This document shows, one piece after another, positions 1-13,200 of a DNA stretch of 64,000 bases. Below the pieces are notes generated by a model, which saw nothing but the letters and a program-made list of their open reading frames with translations, was not told the DNA's origin and searched no databases. Made by a program: the position numbers and the translations under genes. The stretch spans positions 224,313 through 288,312 of the forward strand of contig NIVC01001199.1 of the NCBI GenBank assembly GCA_002269645.1, in the 5' to 3' direction. Source of the stretch: Macrostomum lignano. Taxonomy: Eukaryota. The stretch's first letter is position 1. Every line of letters begins with the position of its first letter.

Positions 1-87
1 ATATTCAGCTAGAAATTAGAATTTAAATTCAATTCCATTTGCTATCTTTTGATTTGCTGCTGCTATTTCAGGCAGCCCTAGTTAGAG

Positions 88-385
88 TATTATGGACACA
101 GAGCTTGAGGGGAATGGCTCAGAATATGGCCACAGAGCTTGAGGGGAATGGCTCAGAATATGAACACAGAGCTTGAGGGGAATGGCTCAGAATATGGCCA
201 CAGAGCTTGAGGGGAATGGCTCAGAATATGGCCACAGAGCTTGAGGGGAATGGCTCAGAATATGAACACAGAGCTTGAGGGGAATGGCTCAGAATATGGC
301 CACAGAGCTTGAGGGGAATGGCTCAGAATATGGCCACAGAGCTTGAGGGGAATGGCTCAGAATATGGTCACAGAGCTTGAGGGAA
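88..385. repeat. Minisatellite, 34-bp unit (ATATGGCCACAGAGCTTGAGGGGAATGGCTCAGA), ~9 copies
   Basis: Direct tandem periodicity; successive units start at 124 and 158. Confidence 0.95.
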
Positions 386-904
386 ATTGCTTGAGGGGAA
401 GTGCAGTTGCCGGGGCAAAAATGCGGGAACAGATCCCCATATGGGTTATATTAAAATATGGTCTCAGCTGGGACCTCCCAAACTGTTAATAAAAAATTCA
501 AACCATCAAGTCACAGCCGCCGCCCTTTGGCACAAATTTTTAGGGCCGATACTTTTCTTCTCCAAAACATCGGTTCCGCCTTCGAGTTGCTCAAACCGTT
601 TTGTCGAAAATGAAGGCGATATTGCAGATTCTGAGGCTGGGGGGCGCATATTAGATGGGGAAATATGGGCTGCAATTCCCCCTGCTGATTGATGCAGGGC
701 TTGTGAAACCAGCATGAGGGCTCGCTTTATAGCCAAGTTATATTGCATGAGGTGCTGGTTCGCGAAACTGAAGCGGTTCTATCAGCTAGTTTACTAATGT
801 ACTTTAAGCTAAGTTATTGATTTGATTATTGCAGGTACTTGCTTGACTTCTTACATCAGGATTTTAATTAAGTTCTTACGTGTTTGACTACCTGGGTATT
901 AAAA

Positions 905-3793
905 AATGTGAGTAGCTGAGTGGTGTATTGCCTGAGTAGCTGAGTCGTATGGTGCCTGAGTAGCTGAGTGGTATAGTGCCTGAGTAGCTGAGTGGTGTAT
1001 TGCCTGAGTAGCTGAGTCGTATGGTGCCTGAGTAGCTGAGTGGTATAGTGCCTGAGTAGCTGAGTCGTATGGTGCCTGAGTAGCTGAGTGGTATAGTGCC
1101 TGAGTAGCTGAGTGGTGTATTGCCTGAGTAGCTGAGTGGTATGGTGCCTGAGTAGCTGAGTGGTGTATTGCCTGAGTAGCTGAATGGTATGGTGCCTGAG
1201 TAGCTGAATGGTATAGTGCCTGAGTAGCTGAGTGGTATAGTGCCTGAGTAGCTGATTGGTATAGTGCCTGAGTAGCTGAGCTATAGTGCCTGAGTAGCTG
1301 AGGTATAGTGCCTGAGTAGCTGAGGTATAGTGCCTGAGTAGCTGAGTGGTATAGTGCCTGAGTAGCTGAGTGGTGTATTGCCTGAGTAGCTGATTGGTAT
1401 AGTGCCTGAGTAGCTGAGGTATAGTGCCTGAGTAGCTGAATGGTATAGTGCCTGAGTAGCTGAGTGGTATAGTGCCTGAGTAGCTGATTGGTATAGTGCC
1501 TGAGTAGCTGAGTGGTATAGTGCCTGAGTAGCTGAGTGGTATAGTGCCTGAGTAGCTGATTGGGATAGTGCCTGAGTAGCTGAATGGTATAGTGCCTGAG
1601 TAGCTGAATGGTATAGTGCCTGAGTAGCTGAGTGGTATAGTGCCTGAGTAGCTGAGTGGTATAGTGCCTGAGTAGCTGATTGGTATAGTGCCTGAGTAGC
1701 TGAGTGGTATAGTGCCTGAGTAGCTGAGTGGTATAGTGCCTGAGTAGCTGAGTGGTAAGGTGCCTGAGTAGCTGATTGGTATGGTGCCTGAGTAGCTGAG
1801 TGGTAAGGTGCCTGAGTAGCTGAGTGGTAAGGTGCCTGAGTAGCTGAGTGGCATGGTGCCTGAGTATCTGAGTGGTAAGGTGCCTGAGTAGCTGAGTGGC
1901 ATGGTGCCTGAGTATCTGAGTGGTAAGGTGCCTGAGTAGCTGAGTGGTATAGTGCCTGAGTAGCTGAGTGGTATAGTGCCTGAGTAGCTGATTGGTATAG
2001 TGCCTGAGTAGCTGAATGGTATAGTGCCTGAGTAGCTGAATGGTATAGTGCCTGAGTAGCTGAGTGGTATAGTGCCTGAGTAGCTGAATGGTATAGTGCC
2101 TGAGTAGCTGATTGGTATAGTGCCTGAGTAGCTGAGTGGTATAGTGCCTGAGTAGCTGATTGGTATAGTGCCTGAGTAGCTGAATGGTATAGTGCCTGAG
2201 TAGCTGAATGGTATAGTGCCTGAGTAGCTGAGTGGTATAGTGCCTGAGTAGCTGAATGGTATAGTGCCTGAGTAGCTGATTGGTATAGTGCCTAAGTAGC
2301 TGAGTGGTATAGTGCCTGAGTAGCTGATTGGTATAGTGCCTGAGTAGCTGAGTGGTATAGTGCCTGAGTAGCTGATTGGTATAGTGCCTGAGTAGCTGAA
2401 TGGTATAGTGCCTGAGTAGCTGAATGGTATAGTGCCTGAGTAGCTGAGTGGTATAGTGCCTGAGTAGCTGAATGGTATAGTGCCTGAGTAGCTGATTGGT
2501 ATAGTGCCTGAGTAGCTGAGTGGTATAGTTCCTGAGTAGCTGAGTGGTATAGTGCCTGAGTAGCTGATTGGTATGGTGCCTGAGTAGCTGAGTGGTATAG
2601 TGCCTGAGTAGCTGAGTGGTAAGGTGCCTGAGTAGCTGAGTGGCATGGTGCCTGAGTATCTGAGTGGTAAGGTGCCTGAGTAGCTGAGTGGCATGGTGCC
2701 TGAGTATCTGAGTGGTAAGGTGCCTGAGTAGCTGAGTGGTATAGTGCCTGAGTAGCTGAGTGGTATAGTGCCTGAGTAGCTGATTGGTATAGTGCCTGAG
2801 TAGCTGAATGGTATAGTGCCTGAGTAGCTGAATGGTATAGTGCCTGAGTAGCTGAGTGGTATAGTGCCTGAGTAGCTGAATGGTATAGTGCCTGAGTAGC
2901 TGAGTGGTATAGTGCCTGAGTAGCTGATTGGTATAGTGCCTGAGTAGCTGAATGGTATAGTGCCTGAGTAGCTGAGTGGTATAGTGCCTGAGTAGCTGAG
3001 CTATAGTGCCTGAGTAGCTGAGGTATAGTGCCTGAGTAGCTGAGGTATAGTGCCTGAGTAGCTGAGTGGTATAGTGCCTGAGTAGCTGAATGGTATAGTG
3101 CCTGAGTAGCTGATTGGTATAGTGCCTGAGTAGCTGATTGGTATAGTGCCTAAGTAGCTGAATGGTATAGTGCCTGAGTAGCTGAGTGGTATAGTGCCTG
3201 AGTAGCTGATTGGTATAGTGCCTGAGTAGCTGAGCTATAGTGCCTGAGTAGCTGAGGTATAGTGCCTGAGTAGCTGAGGTATAGTGCCTGAGTAGCTGAG
3301 TGGTATAGTGCCTGAGTAGCTGAGTGGTGTATTGCCTGAGTAGCTGATTGGTATAGTGCCTGAGTAGCTGAGGTATAGTGCCTGAGTAGCTGAATGGTAT
3401 AGTGCCTGAGTAGCTGAGTGGTATAGTGCCTGAGTAGCTGATTGGTATAGTGCCTGAGTAGCTGAGTGGTATAGTGCCTGAGTAGCTGAGTGGTATAGTG
3501 CCTGAGTAGCTGATTGGGATAGTGCCTGAGTAGCTGAATGGTATAGTGCCTGAGTAGCTGAATGGTATAGTGCCTGAGTAGCTGAGTGGTATAGTGCCTG
3601 AGTAGCTGAGTGGTATAGTGCCTGAGTAGCTGATTGGTATAGTGCCTGAGTAGCTGAGTGGTATAGTGCCTGAGTAGCTGAGTGGTATAGTGCCTGAGTA
3701 GCTGAGTGGTATAGTGCCTGAGTAGCTGATTGGTATAGTGCCTGAGTAGCTGATTGGTATAGTGCCTGAGTAGCTGAGGTATAGTGCCTGAGT
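905..3793. repeat. Large minisatellite, 24-bp unit (GGTATAGTGCCTGAGTAGCTGAGT), ~120 copies with variant blocks
   Basis: Direct periodicity; produces the spurious (SYSGTIPL)n ORF 868..2694. Confidence 0.97.
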
Positions 3794-4736
3794 AATGTGG
3801 GTAAATGCGAGTATTTCTAAGCCGCTGAGAACAATATGCTTCTTAAGTACTTCATTGGGAGCAGGTGATTAATTTATTATCTGATTACCAGAGTAATTAC
3901 CCATCAGAGCACCTGACACCACGATAACCCGAGAACAGAGAACAAGTTTGAGTCGTAAATGCTCCCAAACACATGGAAAACTGGGAATTTCATGTTTAAT
4001 TTTTTGTCGAGAGCTGCCCCTCCGGGAATCGGCTGCACTCGGATAATTAGAATTTCATCCATCTCTTTGATAAAACAACTTGCGACGGTTTTTCCTCGGA
4101 TCTGTCTTAATTTTCAGTCGATTCGTTCACTCTGTGGGGTTGGATGGCCCGAACCCATTAGGCTGGTTTTAAACCATTAAAACAAAAGGTTTTCAACTTT
4201 CTGATGTCTGGTTTGAAAACTGGAAAAACTGCAATCAGCCTAAACGTGTCTGAATGTTGTCTGAATGTGGAGTTTACGGAGCTGTCTGGTCACCGCCCCC
4301 CCTTGCCCGAACTCTCTTTAGCAATTATATTTTATCTTCAGCTGGGTCGCCGGCCTTCTTGCACTGGGCAGATATGGCTGCTACGGGAAAGGCAAATTAT
4401 GAATGCTAATTTCGGGCCAGCAGTTTCTGAGACTGCTTTTATTGATTGCCCAAGAGCTCTTTGCCGGGCAATTCCCCAGTTAATCCCCTCGTCCCGCCGT
4501 ATCCCTCACCCAGAAACTCGCGGGACTCCGCCAGCTCCGGCAGCAATATATCTCTCTCGTATTCGAAGATTTTGGTCCAAAGCAAAAGTGCCAAATCGAG
4601 TGAGCAGTTTCAAGTGAAATATGAGAACTGAAGCAGCTTGTACCGTGCACTGCAGGGTGAGCGAGTGCAGAGTGAGAGGGATCAGAGTCCATATGAACTT
4701 TTGAACTCATCCTTGATTTCTCATCATCATCATCTC

Positions 4737-5326
4737 ATCACTACATTCCTGACCCACCTCATCTCTACATTCCTGACCCACCTCATCTCTACATTCCTGA
4801 CTCACCTCATCTCTACATTCCTGACCCACCTCATCTCTACATTCCTGACCCACCTCATCTCTACATTCCTGACTCACCTCATCTCTACATTCCTGACCCA
4901 CCTCATCTTTACATTCCTGACCCGGCAAATCACTACATTCCTGACCCACCTCATCACTACATTTCTGACCCAGCAAATCACTACATTCTTGACCCAGCAA
5001 ATCACTACATTCCTGACCCAGCAAATCACTACATTCCTGACCCACCTCATCACTACATTCCTGACCCAGCAAATCACTACATTCCTGACCCAGCAAATCA
5101 CTACATTCCTGACCCAGCCAATCACTACATTCCTGACCCACCTCATCACTACATTCCTGACCCAGCAAATCACTACATTCCTGACCCAGCAAATCACTAC
5201 ATTCCTGACCCAGCAAATCACTACATTCCTGACCCACCTCATCACTACATTCCTGACCCACCTCATCACTACATTCCTGACCCACCTCATCACTACATTC
5301 CTGACCCACCTCTACATTCCTGACAC
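4737..5326. repeat. Minisatellite, 24-bp unit (CACTACATTCCTGACCCACCTCAT / ...CAGCAAAT), ~25 copies
   Basis: Direct periodicity; source of the ITTFLTHL and GQECSDEV repeat ORFs. Confidence 0.95.
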
Positions 5327-5804
5327 GTAATTATCAAATCCCTGATCAAACTAGTGGTTAAATTGATGCAATTTTCATAAATTTTAATCATTGATCTTGT
5401 TTACGTTAATTCTGCCTTTTCCAAATAGACTATAAATAACATTTGAAAATCTTTCAAAGGCATTTCCAAGCCAGTTTATTACAAAATAGAAACCTTTAGA
5501 GTCAGAAATGTGGTCAGAAAACAGTCTTAATCTTATTCAATTTTCATGACAGAATTGCACTTTGCACATTCGCAGGCGATCACCAAGAACTAATGTGCGT
5601 AGAAGAAGCATGTCCATTGGGACTCAGGGACGGTCTGCTCCATCAAACTATTTTCTGCCAGACTGTGAGAATATCCCTTGGGACTTTTCTCAGACTTGGC
5701 GGTAAAAGAATGATAAAAGCAGTAATTCCTCTTTAATTAATTCTCTTTTGCTCTTCATGCGGCTGCGGGCACCGATTGGCTGCGTGAGCTTTATTGGAGA
5801 GAAG

Positions 5805-6248
<444 letters not shown>

Positions 6249-6510
6249 TAAGAGAAGAGATTCAGTCCATCCGGCATTCCCAATTCCCCAGACTGATCAG
6301 TGCACCAACAAAAAAGCCATCTCTACCGCGCCTCGGTGTCGCTATTCTTATCTCCCGCGCAATTTGCATTCCTGTATTATCGGTCTGAAGCATCGACAGT
6401 GAGGGGAAATGAAAGCAAAAATCTCGGATGCATTTTTTTTCCTGGGATCCAAAATGCAAAAAATCTGTGCGGGCTTCGGTTGATGCAGTGGAAACCGGGG
6501 CGGGAGGGCG

Positions 6511-8634
6511 TCAGACCTCGGCCGGGGGGCAGAACTCGCCAGGCTGGCTGAAGCCGTCCGCCCCTGCCACCCGGCCGCATCGGAGAACTCGCATCAGCTG
6601 CATCTCTTCGCCGAGGCCGGCGGCGCTGTCGTCTTCCTCGGCGTCGTCAGCGTCCATCATGGCGATGTCAGCTGGCTGCTGGCGCGGCTGGTCGTTGTGC
6701 TTTGCCGCTCCGCCGCCGCCTCCAGAGGCTGCCGCGGTGGCGGCGGCGGCGGCTGCTGCAGCGGCTGCCACAAATGCCGACGTGGCCGCCAAGCCGCCGC
6801 CGTTTTGCCGTCGCCGCCGCCGCTCCTCCAACCGATCGCGACGACTCAGATGAAGCGTCACGCCTTGGACGCACTTGACTACGAAGGTAACGAAGAAGTC
6901 GAACAGTTCAACGAAGGTCACGAGAGACATTCCGGCCCACAGGCCGAAGATGCCGCCGAGTTCAGAGAGCACTTCGACCAGGGTGTAGGACGGCGACTCG
7001 CGCATCATGGTGCCCTTCGAATTCTCGGCGTACACGTGCACCTTGACGAAGTTCTCGCGCACAAAGCGTAGGCTGATGTTCCACGGACTGCGCGCGCTGC
7101 CGCCGCCGGCGTCGCTGTCAGCCAGAATCAGGTCGAGCAGCCCGAGCTCGCCCAACCGCCTGCCGCCTGGCCGCTGGCCGCCGGACACGATGAAGGTGTG
7201 CACGAAGGCCTCCAGGTCGGATGGCGACGGCCAGGGCACCCCGGCGCTTGCGTAGCTGAACTCGTCGCGCTGGCAGGCCTGCAGCCGGGAGCACTCGGCC
7301 ACGAAACTGTCGGACATTTTCGTCCGCACGGCGCCTTCAACCCGGTTGAACCGCTGCAGCTGGGCCGCCTTCCAGCCGCTGTAGTTCCGCCGCCCGGTTC
7401 CGCCGTCGGCCACCCGGTGGCACAGGTTGCTCCGGTTGCCGGTGGGCAGGAAGGTGGACTCGCAGGAGCAGTCCGCCCGCAGCCGCGCCTGCCACAGTTG
7501 AACCACGCAATCCTTCAGGCGCCGCTTGAACACCCGGCGAGTGTCCGGCTCGGACACCCAGTAGGACACCCGGCCGTAGTCCTCAACGCAGCGGTGCCTG
7601 CTGCGGTTCACGTACAGATTGCGGGTCATTCGAAACCGGATGTCCGAGCTCCAGCCGTTGCCAACGTCGACGCCCTCCCAGTACAGGTGCGGGTAGGTGT
7701 CCGGCTCGTGCAGCAGGACTCGAACCCCGTTGGACGTCTGCATGCCGGCCTTGCCGAACACGGTGCCCAGCTGCTCCAGCACCGTCCGGTTCACCCTGGG
7801 CGGGTAGATCACGTGATAGTCGCCGGTCGCCGACACCTGGTCCCTCGGCATGCTGCTGGTGTACAAGATCACGTCTAGCCCGTCGCCCGGCCCGTTGCCC
7901 TGGACGCTGCGGTCCTTCGGCCGGAAGCTCCAACAGTTCCAGTGGTGCGAGCTCTGCACCAGATGGAAATCTGTCCACTTGCAGCGCGCCTTTTTGTAGA
8001 GACAGCCGACCAGGCCCAGGCTGAGGTTGTAGCCCAGCTGAGCTGTGGGCCGGCTGGCCCAGTAGTGCTGCAGGAACTGGTACCAGTTGAAGTAGTCGTG
8101 CGAGCTGAACAAGTCGGCCAGCTTTCTGGGCCGGCCGGAGTACTGCTTGGCGTAGATCGGCCTCAGCCTGGCCAGCAGGTCGGCCATGCCAGCCTCGGCT
8201 TCAGCTCTGGCTGGCGTGTTGTAGTGCATCAGGGCGGCGGGCATCGGGCGCAGGTTGCAGACGGTCACATCCGGGAACAGAGTGTCCACGCCCTGATTGA
8301 GTATCAGAGTGTTCACAGGCGTCGTGTTGAACTGCTTGACGGTGAGGTAGGCGTGCAGGCAGCCGGCAGCTGTGGTGAGGCAGGCCAGAGCCAGCCAGAA
8401 CAGCCGCCTGCTGTAGCTGTCCGCTCTGAACAGCTGCGCCACCGCGTGCATGCTGGTGTGGTCGGCGAACCGGCCGACGTACATGAAAGCGCCGCGCATG
8501 GTGGCTCGGGGGCCTTCGCTGGCCGAGCTGGTGGCGGAGCCTCCTTGACGAGTGCCGGCCAGGTTGGCCACGCCTCGAGACCGGGCCAGTAGGGCGGCTG
8601 CAGCTGCGGCCAGCTGTCGGTCTCTGCCGTGCAT
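6511..8634 (-). CDS. DEG/ENaC (amiloride-sensitive sodium channel) family subunit, FaNaC-like, single exon, 707 aa (start could alternatively be the Met of MRGAFMY)
   Basis: Family motifs in order: pre-TM1 F..HTSMHA; TM1 RRLFWLALACL; FPDVTVCN; C.Y...C; WNCWSF; GPGDGLDVIL; GVRVLLHEPDTYP; Cys-rich thumb; ENFVKVHVY; TM2 LSELGGIFGLWAGMSLVTFVELF with the GxS filter. Confidence 0.95.
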   Translation of the reverse strand: MHGRDRQLAAAAAALLARSRGVANLAGTRQGGSATSSASEGPRATMRGAFMYVGRFADHTSMHAVAQLFRADSYSRRLFWLALACLTTAAGCLHAYLTVKQFNTTPVNTLILNQGVDTLFPDVTVCNLRPMPAALMHYNTPARAEAEAGMADLLARLRPIYAKQYSGRPRKLADLFSSHDYFNWYQFLQHYWASRPTAQLGYNLSLGLVGCLYKKARCKWTDFHLVQSSHHWNCWSFRPKDRSVQGNGPGDGLDVILYTSSMPRDQVSATGDYHVIYPPRVNRTVLEQLGTVFGKAGMQTSNGVRVLLHEPDTYPHLYWEGVDVGNGWSSDIRFRMTRNLYVNRSRHRCVEDYGRVSYWVSEPDTRRVFKRRLKDCVVQLWQARLRADCSCESTFLPTGNRSNLCHRVADGGTGRRNYSGWKAAQLQRFNRVEGAVRTKMSDSFVAECSRLQACQRDEFSYASAGVPWPSPSDLEAFVHTFIVSGGQRPGGRRLGELGLLDLILADSDAGGGSARSPWNISLRFVRENFVKVHVYAENSKGTMMRESPSYTLVEVLSELGGIFGLWAGMSLVTFVELFDFFVTFVVKCVQGVTLHLSRRDRLEERRRRRQNGGGLAATSAFVAAAAAAAAAATAAASGGGGGAAKHNDQPRQQPADIAMMDADDAEEDDSAAGLGEEMQLMRVLRCGRVAGADGFSQPGEFCPPAEV

Positions 8635-9655
8635 GGCGAGTTCGCTGAGTCCGTTCCATACGCCAGCGCCTTGCGGCTCCTGTCGTGTTGATAAGAATCT
8701 CTTCGGCTTCTCAATTCAGTCGGCCTGCTCGAGCTCTCATTGGATGACAACTGGCTCTTAGCGACTGATGTCTGGGTTGGGATTTCTACTAGACTCTAGA
8801 CTCTAGATTCTGGTCAGGGTTAGGGATGATTGGTCAGGGTTAGGGTAAGAAGTTATCGTTAAACCATGGCTCAATGTGGAGTTACTGAGATGCCTCTGAT
8901 CAATGCGGAATGCTAAGATGCAAAGGTTCGCAGGATGCCGATATGTTGAGTCAGCATGCTTTATATCAGGGTCGGTGCTTTTCTGCTTAATATGTCTTAA
9001 TTTCTAAGAAACTAACAGCAGTATCTGTACAAGACTTCCTGCTGGTAGAGTGTTTTCTTTCTTTGTTGGCCTCCCACAGCGGGTAAAAGTTGCAAACTGA
9101 CGGTCAGGTTGTTTGCCATTGAATTATAAATATTCTATTTTCAGTTATGGCCCACAAAATTCAGTCAGCTGAGAGAGTATTTCTTGCAAGCTAATTAAAA
9201 AAATTGAACTTTTAGCGGTCGAATGAAATAGGCATATTTCACATATTCGGGTTAAACTGGATTTATCCGCCGCACTCCTGAACAACATTTAGTAGTAGAA
9301 ATTTTGATAATCTGGCGTTAATCCAGATTAAATATTGTCATTCCTCTCTGAAGCCACTAGCTGCTTTCCTTGACAAAACTGGTTTCTGTTATTGCTTCAC
9401 CGAAACTCTGATAGAATCTGCTGGCTTCTCACGACCCTCTGGATAAACTGGTTTGGCAATGTTTAACGAAAAGAGCTGCTTGCCATTTTACAGTGTGTAT
9501 TTATATATATATATATATATATAGCTCGTACACAGTCCTCTCTGCCCAATTCCCGAGATTTTGGGTGCTTGCGAACTTGAACTGAGGTAAGACTTCTCTC
9601 TGTTTCTCTTTTTTGTTTTGGTTCCGTAGAATAGGATCGTGGCCTCAGATACTCG

Positions 9656-10009
9656 AGGCCACACCCTCATGTTAGTGAGGTCACACCCTCCTGTTAGTGA
9701 GGCCACACCCTCCTGTTGGTGAGGCCACACCCTCCTGTTAGTGAGGCCACACCCTCCTGTTAGTGAGGCCACACCCTCCTGTTAGTGAGGCCACACTCTC
9801 CTGTTAGTGAGGCCACACCCTCCTGTTAGTGAGGCCACACCCTCCTGTTAGTGAGGACACACCCTCCTGTTAGTGAGGCCACACCCTCCTGTTAGTGAGG
9901 ACATACCCTCCTGTTAGTGAGGCCACACCCTCCTGTTAGTGAGGACACACCCTCCTGTTAGTGAGGCCACACCCTCCTGTTAGTGAGGCCACACCCTCTC
10001 TTTATTTGG
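9656..10009. repeat. Minisatellite, 22-bp unit (GAGGCCACACCCTCCTGTTAGT), ~16 copies
   Basis: Direct periodicity; ends ~200 bp upstream of the PRODH2-like start codon. Confidence 0.95.
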
Positions 10010-10214
10010 GGTTACACCCTCATACGAGCTAGACTCAGGACAGCATTCCCAGACACTCAGGACAGTATTTCCAGACATTCAGGACTACATTCTCAGAGAT
10101 CCCCGATCACACACTCAGACCAAAGACCACAAAATGAGCCGATGCTCACACAACTACACTCACGTATCGCCGACCGCATTCCAATTCAAGATCTCGCCTG
10201 ACTGAAGCAGTCGG

Positions 10215-13200
10215 ATGTTGCTACGCGGTCTTCCAAAATTTGCTCTCCAACGACTGGTCTTCGCTCGTCCGCTCTGCGTTGGAATCGAACCCAGGACCGA
10301 TGCTGGACAGCTACCTATAACCGGAATTGTAACCGGAAGTGGACCAGCTGGCATCGGCGCAACCGGAAGTACGATTGGAACTAAAATTTTGAACGAACCA
10401 CCCAATGACGTCATATTCACCGCAATCGAAAGTAGAAAATGCCTTTCAATGGGCACGAAAAGTACATCTAACAGCAATGTCAGAGACGCCAAAAGTGACA
10501 TCAACTTTCTGGATTATCGGGCGGTGCAGGCCAGCAAGACTAGAGCAGAGTTAATCCGCGCCTTAGCCGTCCTGCACTTGTGCTCAATCGATCTGTTCGT
10601 AAGCCGGGCGCTTCTGTGGATGCGCCTGGGCCGGCGCCTGCTGGGCCAACGCTGCTTCGACGCCCTGATGAGGCGCAGCTTCTTCGGTCAGTTTGTAGGC
10701 GGCGCCACTGAAGCTGAGCTGCGCCAGACAGCCGAGGCGCAACGGCGCCAAGGACTCCGGCCGATGATCGCCGTGCCAATGGAGGAGCCGATGAGAAAAC
10801 TTTCAGATGAGGAGTTGACGCGCCTGTACGAAGAGAACACAGCCAAGCAGGTGAAAATTGGTGGGTGTCGGGAGTGAGGTGGGTGTCGGGAGTGAGGTGG
10901 GTGTCGGGAGTGAGGTGGATGTCGGGAGTGAGGTGGGTGTCGGGAGTGAGGTGGATGTCGGGAGTGAGGTGGATGTTGGGAGTGAGGTGGATGTTGGGAG
11001 TGAGGTGGGTGTTGGGAGTGAGGTGGGTGTCAGGAGTGAGGTGGATGTCAGGAGTGAGGTGGATGTCAGGAGTGAGGTGGATGTCAGGAGTGAGGTGGGT
11101 GTCGGGAGTGAGGGTGATGTCGGGAGTGAGGTGGGTGTCAGTAGCGGTGGGTGTCGGGAGTGAGGGTGATGTCGGGAGTGAGGTGGGTGTCAGTAGCGGT
11201 GGGTGTTAGGAGTGAGGTGGATGTCGGAGTGAGGTGGGTGTCGGGAGTGAGGGTGATGTCGGGAGTGAGGTGGGTGTCAGTAGCGGTGGGTGTTAGGAGT
11301 GAGGTGGATGTCGGAGTGAGGTGGGTGTCGGGAGTGAGGTGGATGTCGGGAGTGAGGTGGGTGTCGGGAGTGAGGTGGATGTCAGGAGTGAGGTGGGTGT
11401 TGGGAGTGAGGTGGGTGTTGGGAGTGAGGTGGGTGTCAGGAGTGAGGTGGATGTCAGGAGTGAGGTGGATGTCAGGAGTGAGGTGGATATCAGGAGTGAG
11501 GTGGATGTCAGGAGTGAGGTGGATGTCAGGAGTGAGGTGGATGTCAGGAGTGAGGTGGGTGTCGGGAGTGAGGTGGATGTCGGGAGTGAGGTGGATGTCG
11601 GGAGTGAGGTGGATGTCGGGAGTGAGGGTGGGTCGAGATTCTTTTTAAAGCGTACAATCTAAAATTCATAAACTTCTATTATCTGTGGAATATTTTCTCA
11701 AAAATGGGGTCAGAGTGCTCCCGTGGTCAGTGGCTTGTACTTTTACAAGAGTTGCCCAACATTCTTCCAGACCGCATTTTCTCTTTATTTCTTGTTCTCT
11801 TATCAGCTGGCTAAGGAGCGTGACAGGCTAAGATCGCTAAGATCGATGACTGCGATAATTTAGCAAGCCAGTAATTGCGATTCGTGAATTATCCTAGCCA
11901 GTGAAGGGCTTATTAGGTTAAGCCAGCAAATTTATCTATATCCTAATTCAAATCAGCTCGTGGCACATTTTCAGTCATAATATAATTATGTGATAATAAT
12001 CCTATAAGGAAAGGAGGGACAAGTGAAGTGCATTCATAATATTTGATCACGCAGTCCTTATCGCTTTCCCAGTCACAATATCTGACTCACAGTCACATCA
12101 TCACATCACGGTCCTATTATAACACTCCAGTCACACTATCATACTAATAGTTACATTGTCCTACTCAAAGTCACACCAATACCACTCACAGACACACCAC
12201 TACATTCACAGACACAATATTACACTCACAGACACACCATTACACTTACAGACACACCATTACATTCACAGACACAACATTACACTCACAGACACAACAT
12301 TACACTCACAGACACAACATTACACTCACAGACACAACATTACACTCACAGACACAACATTACACTCACAGACACAACATTACACTCACAGACACAACAT
12401 TACACTCACAGACACAACATTACACTCACAGACACACCATTACATTCACAGACACACCATTACATTCACAGACACACCATTACATTCACAGACACACCAC
12501 TACATTCACAGACATAACATTACACTCACAGACACACTATCATAGTTACACGATCACACGATTGCATTTTTCAATTACACTAACGTCACACGATCACACT
12601 CACAGTCACAAGATCACGATCACACCGGACCCCCACAGGTGCGGGCCGTGAAACTGTCGGCCCAGCTGAACAGCAACCGGCCGAAGATGCAGCTGAAGCT
12701 GACCTCTCTGATGCCGACGTCGCTGCTTCAGAAGCTGGCTACACTGCACGGCGATCTGGCAGCGGCCGACGCCGCCTCCGAGGTGCTGTCGCAGCTACTT
12801 CAGCTGGCGGTTCCTGACACGCCGTGCTCCACAAAGTCCCGACAGCAGCAGCAGGATCTGCTTCGCCGGCTCCTACCAGCCGCCTCGGACGCCGGTCGCC
12901 TCTCCGACCAGCTTCTAGCCGCAGTCGTTCGAACTCGTCGAGTTTTCGACGCGGCCAAACGACATTCCGTGCAGATTTTGATCGATGCCGAGTACAGCCA
13001 TATTAATCCTGGGATTTCGCTGTTTTATCTGGCTCTGGCCACGGTGTACAATGCCGAGGATTATTGCATGGTGTTTAACACCTACCAGTGCTATCTAAGA
13101 GACACCATCGACACCTACAACTGGCACATGGATCTTCTTCTGTCGACTAGTCGGCGCGGCGTTAGAGCCGGCGCAAAAATTGTTCGTGGAGCCTATTTGC

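Noticed and set aside
387-780. Short ORFs on both strands (possible minus-strand terminal exon NRFSFANQHLMQYN...)
   Set aside because: No recognisable homology and no confidently linked upstream exon.
868-2694. 608-aa ORF (SYSGTIPL)n
   Set aside because: Translation of a 24-bp minisatellite with frame changes at variant units; no unique sequence or splice context.
3959-4710. Short ORFs and a possible minus-strand exon around 4505-4630
   Set aside because: Stops in most frames and no recognisable domain; not supportable.
6262-8761. Numerous overlapping ORFs around the DEG/ENaC gene (likewise around CEP126 and innexin)
   Set aside because: Antisense and alternate-frame shadows of GC-rich coding sequence.
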